Below, piece by piece: positions 55,233 to 64,000 of a stretch of DNA of 64,000 nt. The stretch's first letter is position 1. The number at the start of each line of letters is the position of its first letter. The DNA comes from Balanoglossus misakiensis (Eukaryota > Animalia > Hemichordata), in the NCBI GenBank assembly GCA_040954595.2, contig CM082584.2:7955919-8019918 (forward strand). Reading direction: 5' to 3'. The notes under the pieces are model-generated. The model saw only the letters and a list, made by a program, of their open reading frames with translations. It did not search any database and was not told where the DNA came from. Both the position numbers and the translations under genes were made by a program.

Positions 55233-58200
55233 AAAAACGTGCGTATTGACACCGCGGTATCTAAATCTGGCACACTGGGTTGCCATGTAAATGCCCTTTT
55301 GACGAAAACGGCTGAATTAGTGCCGTTCATATTTGATGAAAATATATGAGACGATTACTCGCAAATCGCAGGGAACAGGCGAGAGGTTATAATCGTTGAA
55401 ATAAATATCGATTAGAGGCGAGTCCAACTTAACGCTGATTCAGCAATGAAAATTTCCCTGGTCGTTCACTTTCTTCTGAATGTGTTGTTATTGCTACGCC
55501 AACCGCTGCAGTGATGTATATAAATTTCGTTGTCAGACATTATTATTGCCGTTTTGACATCTTCTTGAAAAGATATACACATGGCAAAGTATACTGCATG
55601 TTGTTAAAAAAAGTATCTGCTGAATGTATAAAGCTTGAATAGACGTTGGCCTAACGTATCGTGCATCTAAGTTCCGATCTCTGATTATGGAGAATGTTAC
55701 TTCACATTTGCAGTACAGATTATACAAGCCAGGTTTAACTTGTATCCGGGGACAGGGGTGATTTAAGAGCACAGGAGAATATTTGAAGCCACGATAATTC
55801 AGAGGTTCTGTTCCGATTTCAACGAGACGGCATTATACTATTAACTGCGATTGATAGGATTGGTTGATACGATAATTATTTTCCCCGAGGCTGTTAGCTA
55901 TAGTGCTTGCTGCAATGCATATAAAATCGCCAGGTAAAGCAAGTCGCTCTGTGTATAGGAACTGTAATTTAAAGAAAGGAGCGTGGCATAGACAGCAACT
56001 ACATAGCCATCTTCTCTAATACAAGGTCTGTCGTGTTGGGCCTTATCATGTGCATAACGTCATGCGTGGCCTATAGGTAGAGTGGATGTTATTCTGACTG
56101 TATAGTATATCGTACTTAATCGCCCTACGTTCGGTTCAAGAAAAAAAATTATAATTCAAAACACGATTTATTGTGATGGAGTCATGATTGCGTTGTGTTA
56201 TCTAAGAAAATGATATGTGGTTCATTCTACAAAGACTCATTAAACGTGGCGCCACAGCGAAGATGGCGCTGCCATATTTTATAAAGATAGGCACGCAGCG
56301 GAAAACGACTGCTGTATTTAACCATTATGAATTTTGATTCCATTCGTGAAGATTAAAGAGTCGTGACTGTATATTCTATTATTGGACATAATCAGGTTAG
56401 CCAGTATTATCGTCCGCGTTTGTGCAACTGAACATCTTAGGTGCTTGAATGTCATTGCATGTGATGTGTTAACTCTGGGAAGCCTGACCTCTTGAGTGTT
56501 TGTGGCACCATGTGGACGTTTCCTTCTGAGCAAGGTTCGAAAGGTTAATAGTTTTACAAGTGTTTGATCTACCATTCACGACGGGTTGTTACGAGAGTTC
56601 ATAGCAGCGGTCCATATACTATAATGTAAATTGTTGTTGTGGAGTGCAAGGTCGATTACTAGTAAAATGCAACGACACGATTCTATTTGCACAGAAGGGC
56701 TACATCAAGACTACAATTTATGCAAACGATACCCTTCGTTTGGTCATGTACCTTGTGCATGTTTATGGCCTCAGTTTAGACGCCTGGAGCGCGATTATAG
56801 TCTCAGTGGGAAAATGTGTTTGTGTTAAAGAACCGCGGAAAGACTCATGAGTGCAACAGGTTTTCTGTAGAGTCCCTGTGTGTGCCCGCACCTGTCAAGT
56901 GATATATTCCTCAAGAAAGTGCCTATCGTCCGTCAACGTTAACGGAAAATGGCATCAAACGCCAGACGGGGCCAGACTGAATGTACGCGTGCCTGCTCCA
57001 CCCAAAAATTAAATGCAATTTACGTACTAAGTAATACATTCGTCTATTTTAAATGGACCCCGGGTCGAGGTTAAGCATACGACACCGAAACTTTGCAAGA
57101 GTGATTTCTTGCAACCAAACGCACTCGTGTTTGATACAGTGATGATGTGTAATGTATAGGTCACACAAGCTGTCTTTGCCATCAAATCGCGCGATAACTC
57201 AAGAGTAATATAAACCATGAACAGCAATAAATATATTGATATCTTAATTAAATACAGTTATAGTGTACACTTGTGCCTGTGTTTTGCATTATGATGTCAC
57301 ATGACATATGAAGATACTTTATCTTAACATTTCCATTGTAGTAAACTTATCAAATAATTTGCACTCCTAGCGTCAATGTAGTTAACAAGATGAATCCCTT
57401 CAGTGGCTTCTCCGGCCACGATTTTCAACTCCGTGCCACAATTGACAACGAAGTGCCAGCAGTGAAATAAATCCTGTACACGACGCGGACGAATGCCTCT
57501 GTAATTGGCATACTGTGTCTGGCAAAAATAGTTGATATCCATAGGTCCCATACGCAACACACGTTCGTGAGGTTACTTAAATTAGCTTGGTTGCATTCCA
57601 ATTACGTCAATTAAGCACTGCTTGGTGTGTGTTCCTTATGCACTTTTTCACCGTACTAGCACCATCCGTATTCGAATACACAAAAGCTCATATGATGAAA
57701 TGCTTCAATCTGAATCACGCTGATTGTTTTATCGCTAAATGTAGGAGGACTTTATTGCGAACGGTTGCCGTGCGAAGAAAAAATGCGGTGCAGTCCAGTT
57801 TTTACTTGGAGATCAGTGTTTCGTTTTCCACCAAATATGTGCAGTATAAACCTATTCTGACTTACCACCCTGGTTGCTGTTGATTATACCAAGTCAGCTC
57901 CGTATAATACTTCCATACGTTTGTTTTCGATGGTTTAGGTAATTCAATACTTATGAAACGAAGAAGATGTCGCATTAACCAAGTGCATGATGAATACATG
58001 TAACCGATATTCTTTGTCCCATGTGATAAACAATCTTTACGGAAATTGAACCCCCTTTGTATTACCATTCTGTGCAGGATAAGTAACATTGCTGATTAGC
58101 CTAGAGACTTAAGGTGGATAATACGCACGTGTTCGTGGGAAATTACAATATGGAAGGTATTGATGTGGTGATCATGATTTCAGGATCCACGAAACATGAA

Positions 58201-60601
58201 AGTGCAAGTTGTCATGATATATTCGGGTTCACACAATATGGGCGCAATAATGTTACCTTTGCTTATAGTGAATTTCCATATTGGTACATTATGCGTAACT
58301 CCGCCGAATAGAAAATCTTTAACATCATGCAACATCGATGTAAGATCAATCATATCGTATTTTAATGTCTGTTGCCAGAGGATGCATAATCGGGACAGAA
58401 CATTAGCCAAATGCAATCAAAGTGTACTGAGTGGCTCGAGGCGTCACGTGACGATAATTGATTAGTCGTCGAAATGTGTATTTTAAACCGCATGCGCTTA
58501 AAAGACAAATAATGTGAATGAACTGCCACGTTCAAGATATTGCAAGTCCCAGTAGACCGGAGCTTTTCTCAACGTGTCATATAGCGCTTCATGAGACGTC
58601 GGTAAATGAACAGGCAATGTCAACACCAGAGACATTAGTCACACGGCGTTTGCCCCCACAGATCACCGAGCAATATTTCTGCAGCTTAATTGGTGCAGTT
58701 GTTATTAGCAACCAACATTATTGTATGTGTACATCCGCCTCTTCGTTGCTATGCAATTTACAGCTTTTTATTTAACCAAGCCGTAATTCGATCACCTCCT
58801 TTTAATGAAACCGTGATTTATTTCACAGGGCACTGAAACAGCTTCTATTTTCCGCGACTTGTCTAACTTGTACATGATGTATTTATGGAATTTAAACATG
58901 CAAGGATAAAGTAAATGCACATTTTCACAACAACGGAAAAAAATACTTCAAATTGCCTAAGGCAAATTCACCTCGGACTTGACTTCACTGACCGAGTGGT
59001 TGACGACCTGCGGAGTATTCGTGGGCTTGCATTGAAGTGGGCTAACGGTGAATGTTTACGTCCTACAGATGCGAGCATTCACCGGAGCTGTTGTAAGATG
59101 AACACTATACACCCTCGGTTTTTTCGACTCAGTTTCCTCCCTCCGGACGGGTACATACATTCCAACCGAACACACAATTACAACATGTGCCGATATCCAT
59201 CCATCCGTCCATAGCTAGCGATATGATCGTCTCAATCATACACGTCAAGACACAACGAAGTGCCAACAACAAAATGTAAATGGTAAAATGTGTATGGACG
59301 ACACTGCAATGGAAGAAAAATATGTGATGCGGAATTACGGGGGCTTTCTGGATTTACTAGGTTGGTTGCCAGGCCAATGACCACCGCCGGTCACGAGCCG
59401 GCAGCACAGTTCTCCAGTTGTTTCCATCTATCACTCAAGGGTGGGCAGGATTGATGAAACAGTGCAGAAGAACAGTTGTCTTTATCTCTCACGCTATGGT
59501 GGGCTTGATTAATGAAACGCCACAGACCAACGTCAAAACACCCCCAACATAAAGCTTTCACTGGCCACCTCAAATAATCCTGTGCAGATTAACTTGTCAC
59601 CTCAGCACACATAAATACTTTGACGGGTGTAACGAATTAGAATGAAGGATATGAATTAAAATTCAGCGGCTTGTGTACATGTATTGTTTATCGAATGTCG
59701 CCCGTGGGCTATGCAGTTTCAGGCTGGGTTTCACCTTTATCAAAATGCCCATTTGAACAACTTTCAGAAACAATGTCTAATTGGCGTAATAATAAAATTT
59801 CTCTCTAAAACTTATTTACTTAGTTACAGTTATTTGCGTGCAACAGCGGCATAGTGACACGTTCCGTTGCGGAATGCTTAAAGCACCACTACTTTCCAGT
59901 TGCGGCTAACTAGCCGACACAGACTACAGGCAAGCAAGCAGACGGCAATGGCTTTAAGTACACCGATGTTTTAAACAAAATTGAAAGGACAAGCTCTTGA
60001 ATTTAATGTACATACGCTCGGAGATAAACAACAGACGAGTATTAAATTGGACCAATCACTTGCATTTTAATGTCTGAGATTTGTTTCGCCATAAACGTTT
60101 ATTCGTCAAATAATCTTCCATTCGTCTCCTGTGCAATATCGGTCCATAGGCACGGTTCATTAGCATGGCTTAACCCCGTACGAGTGGTTCTTTAATGACT
60201 GGGGTCATTTAGTTTGATGTTTTGCATTTAAACACCTACTCGCCTTGTTAGTTTGTGTCCCGAGGAATATCATTTCCTTGGATGCGAAACTGAGTTAATC
60301 ATTGCGCGTGGGGGTGTTGATAAATGATTCCCGCGGCTATCCCATAATTCATAGTGCTCCGCCGAGCAAGCTGTGCCATCTGGTCGTTCAGTTGTCTATA
60401 GTTACAAGCGCTGGGCGTCAGGTCGTCAACTTTGCTGCAGCGGTATCAACTGTCTCAGACACGGGGAAATTTTAGAAGGACCGTGTGGTGTTTGAATTAG
60501 CTGGGTCGGTAGACCCCCCGACGACTGTACGACGCGCGGTCGGTCTCACTGCGGAAAGGGGCAAGTGGTGAAAATATTTTTTTTTTGTTAACGCCGCGAA
60601 T

Positions 60602-61026
60602 ATGGTGGACAACAGTTCCGCGTCACCCGTGATGTTTACGTTCGAGTCGACGACGAGCGACGCCCTGCCCAACGCCTCGGCGCGCGGGAACGAGTCGTTC
60701 AGTCTGCGGGAGCCGCCCGGCATGGCGATATGGCTACCTGTGGTGCTGTCCTACGCGGTGACGTTCGTCGTGGGCCTGGTGGGGAACCTCCTCGTCATAT
60801 TCTCCATCAAGAAGTGTCGGCGTCTGCAGAACGTCACCAACAGTTTCCTGGCGAGCCTGGCCACTGCCGACCTGATCGTCATCGTCATCGTGATACCCTT
60901 TCAGACACCTACCTATTTCAGCACCGAATGGGTGCTCGGCGAGGTGCTCTGCAAGCTCCTGCCGTACTTGACATTGCTCTCAAGTTCGTGTTCGGTGTTC
61001 ATGCTGACGGCGCTGAGCGTCGAAAG
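60602..61026 (+). CDS. Class A peptide-type GPCR gene 4, coding exon 1 (remaining exons presumably beyond the window)
   Basis: ATG at 60602. Sequons NSS, NAS, NES; GLVGNLLVI; TNSFLASLATADL; CKLLPYLTLLSSSCSVF. Ends GAA AG|GTAGGC. No exon-2 homologue seen before 64000. Confidence 0.92.
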
Positions 61027-64000
61027 GTAGGCATGACTACGCTTTTTCTCGCCACTGGGTTGCCTTGATATTTCAATTAAGAATAATGATACACACTGTG
61101 TGCACCCTTTACATTATATCAATCTTCGGGCAAGCTGAATGCGCCAGGTTTTCCATGCAAACTATCTGTTGGAACCTCACACCTCACAAGATACATGGCT
61201 GCACAAACTACAATTTCCCTTCCCGCGGAGAACATTTATTTTAATTTCGGCAAGACTCATGAATCACGCAGCATCTTTGTTTTACGGTTGTGTTTTGCCA
61301 TGTAAATACTTCGGCACGCTGAGCCTCTGTTAGTTTGGGTTTAACCTTGGATTTCTCAGATCCATGTCGGGGTATACAGTTCTTTTGATCAATTAATGCA
61401 ACAAGTAGACACCTTTCAAGCCTGGCGAGTGTTTGAAACAGATGGTTGTCATTTGTGCACTCGGGTTAAGGCAAAGTCAGAGCATGTATGTACTACATTG
61501 CTGTGGCAGAAATCGTTGTGCACGAAAGGGCACAGGGATTAAGTTTCACGGATCATAACATACGACAGCTTACTTCTCCCTAATATGCATAATTACGTCT
61601 ATTTGCATTACCCGCGATAATGGAGGGTTTGGACCTTTGACGGGATTTGTGCTCTTGCCGCTTTCATCGTGTGCATTGCATCCTTAAATTGGTCAAAACA
61701 CCTTCCCCAGACCACATTTACCTTCCTAAGTGGCGATGAAAAGAAACGTGGGGGAATGAAAACAGCACAAAAAGGCCGCTAGGCAGTTATGCGTAAAATG
61801 AAGTCTTGCTGGCTAGATTAGTCTTGTGTCATAAGAATGAGATTTAATATGGTGGAATAAGTTGTTATTGTGTTTGGTGAAGCATAACGACATTATTTTT
61901 ATATTGAACTGACGTTTGTGAAAGCTTGATTCTTCTCTGTGTTTCCTCAAACTGCGAGCGCAGCCGTCACAGTTTCCCAATCAAGTGGAAAATATCAGAA
62001 TATAGAGCTGCTGCTCACCGACGTCATTTGCTATTCATTAAAACAATATATACCGTGTATCGAGGAGTCTGGGAAGTAAGAAGGGATCATTTGGAGGTAA
62101 TCCTATAAGGTAATCGACAACTGTTTGAAGAACAGGAGAAGAACGGTGCTTGTTCAGTTGAAGGTCTACGTCATTTTTCTCAACCTGATTTGCGGAGCAG
62201 CTTCGGTAAAGGTCATGAGTTGGAACGAGACACCATTTAAAATTGTGATTCGTTGTACCAGTAATATTTCAGGCTGGGAATGCGTTGTTCAAGAAGAATA
62301 CATAAAAGGAACCGACGACTCGAAATGCAATCATTAATTCACTGTTTTGCTGATTCAATAACGGCTAAATTAAGTTAAGAGTTATTTACCAAGACTGATC
62401 ATTTTGCGGGTATCTTTGTACTTGTTAAGATTGGAAATTAAATCAACAATGCGAATCTGTCATGGATCCGTGTCGCATATTTCAGTCTGCGACCTCGGTC
62501 CGCGAGTTTTGCTATTATTAGGACGCAGCTATATCTTGTTCTCAACGCTTCACCGACTGTTGCTTCGTCTCGCCTACTCTCTTCAGTGACATGCGTCACC
62601 AGTTTTATCACGTCACGTTTATGGGTACGTCTCCGAAAATAAGGTATGCCTATGACGTCACCAAGGTCGTGTTCGATTCCCTGTCGGAGTCTAGTTAACG
62701 GTGTCAGCACGCACATAAAGGTGGAAGGCGAGGCGATTTCGTGAAGGAGATTTATGGTAAATCATTAAGAAAACGCGGTGAAAACTAAATCGTAAATGGT
62801 GGGAGCCATTTCTTGATTCAAACGACGATCGTCTGTTTGATAAATACCCACTAAATCATTCGCAATCACTGTTGCACATTTTAGTCACTGTCTTCGTACA
62901 GTATTGTTGTTGCTGTTGCTTTAAACTGGACCATTTTTACTCTGAAGACTATTTTGTAAAACAACACTGCCACCCAAACAGATCCTGACCAGATATATCA
63001 ACGTTAATAAAAAACGAAATAAAGCGCTACAACATACAAAGGTTTAAATGTGTAAGGTATCGTCCGACCTGTCTAACTTAATTCCACTTTCCAATCATTA
63101 TGTGTCAGCTCGCATTATCCAACAAAACTGGTATTCGTAAGGGAATACCCTTGGGGATGGCCCTTAGATTCTTCAGAATAATGTGCTACGGGGCACTGTT
63201 CCCGCCGGGCCTTTCATGCAATTTTCTCGAACATGCCCGTCGAAATTGCCATTTCCAGTTTTGAAATTGAATATCCTCAAATCTCCGCGCCGGCGATAGA
63301 TCCCGCTTGTTAGGACGATATCGCGTTGGCAACATTCAATTGTCATAAATAATAAAAAAGAATGTCACGCTGTCTCTGTAAATACAAGTAACCCAGGCGG
63401 CGTATCTGCCTCGCAGGGTTCTGTTATTAACAACCTGGCATGTCATAAGGCACGTCGTGCGTTTCGTTGTGGGTGTAATCTTTACGGTCGCCGATTGGCG
63501 TTGCGATTAAAACGTGAATAACCTGAAATAACCACAGATGCATAGGGGGAGCGATAAGATAGAGGGATTGAAGCCGTATCATAAACTTGATGCACATTCA
63601 ATTACTTATTCTGTATTTATCGTGTCATAAATATTCATTAACTTGATGCGGAGTGTTATTGTAATGTTATCACATATAGTTGAATCTATTGTCATAATAT
63701 ATTTATAGTATGCATCGCGAGGTGTTTTAATTGCTGGGGATAATTTTAAAAATTGATCATAGTGAAAAGGAGCCGAAAACCCATATAAAACAACAGAACT
63801 GTAAGATTTTGCACGTGCAGTGGTGTACGTGTACTTTGGAGCTTTGCCAGGTCGCGCTTTGAACCCCTTTGCATTTTCCTTAATTGAATTTCGATCCTCT
63901 CTATACACGTCAAACGATACCACAATTACCAGTTTCGGACGGAGATGGAGTTTCTATCCTTAGGAGTCGACGGTACTGGACACCAGAATGGGAAAGGCGA

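Noticed and set aside
62668-62682. Pol III B-box-like motifs (GTTCGATTCC here, GGTTCGAATC near 52379)
   Set aside because: No matching A box or cloverleaf, so a tRNA or SINE cannot be supported.

Overview
Eukaryotic (animal) genomic DNA with GT-AG introns, AT-rich non-coding sequence and GC3-rich exons. The overall character suggests a marine invertebrate, but the taxon is an inference. The window holds a local cluster of four paralogous class A (rhodopsin-like) peptide-receptor-type GPCR genes. Gene 1 (+, 1981-13278, 463 aa), gene 2 (-, 33438-25720, 476 aa) and gene 3 (+, 49645-54747, 423 aa as written) are complete. Gene 4 (+, starts 60602) shows only its first coding exon. The three complete genes share a 4-coding-exon layout: a phase-2 intron inside the Arg of the E-R-Y motif, a 124-nt exon 2, then two phase-0 introns. 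Gene 4 shares the first junction. Gene 3 appears to carry a frameshift in a GCC repeat after helix 8, because the tail resembling its paralogues lies in the +1 frame. Non-coding features: two inverted solo-LTR-like copies of one family with intact 4-bp TSDs, a TTAA-flanked MITE, a 121-bp hairpin, a nested 211-bp tandem repeat, microsatellites and at least seven CRE palindromes. No prokaryotic systems, CRISPR arrays, rRNA or convincing tRNA genes were seen.
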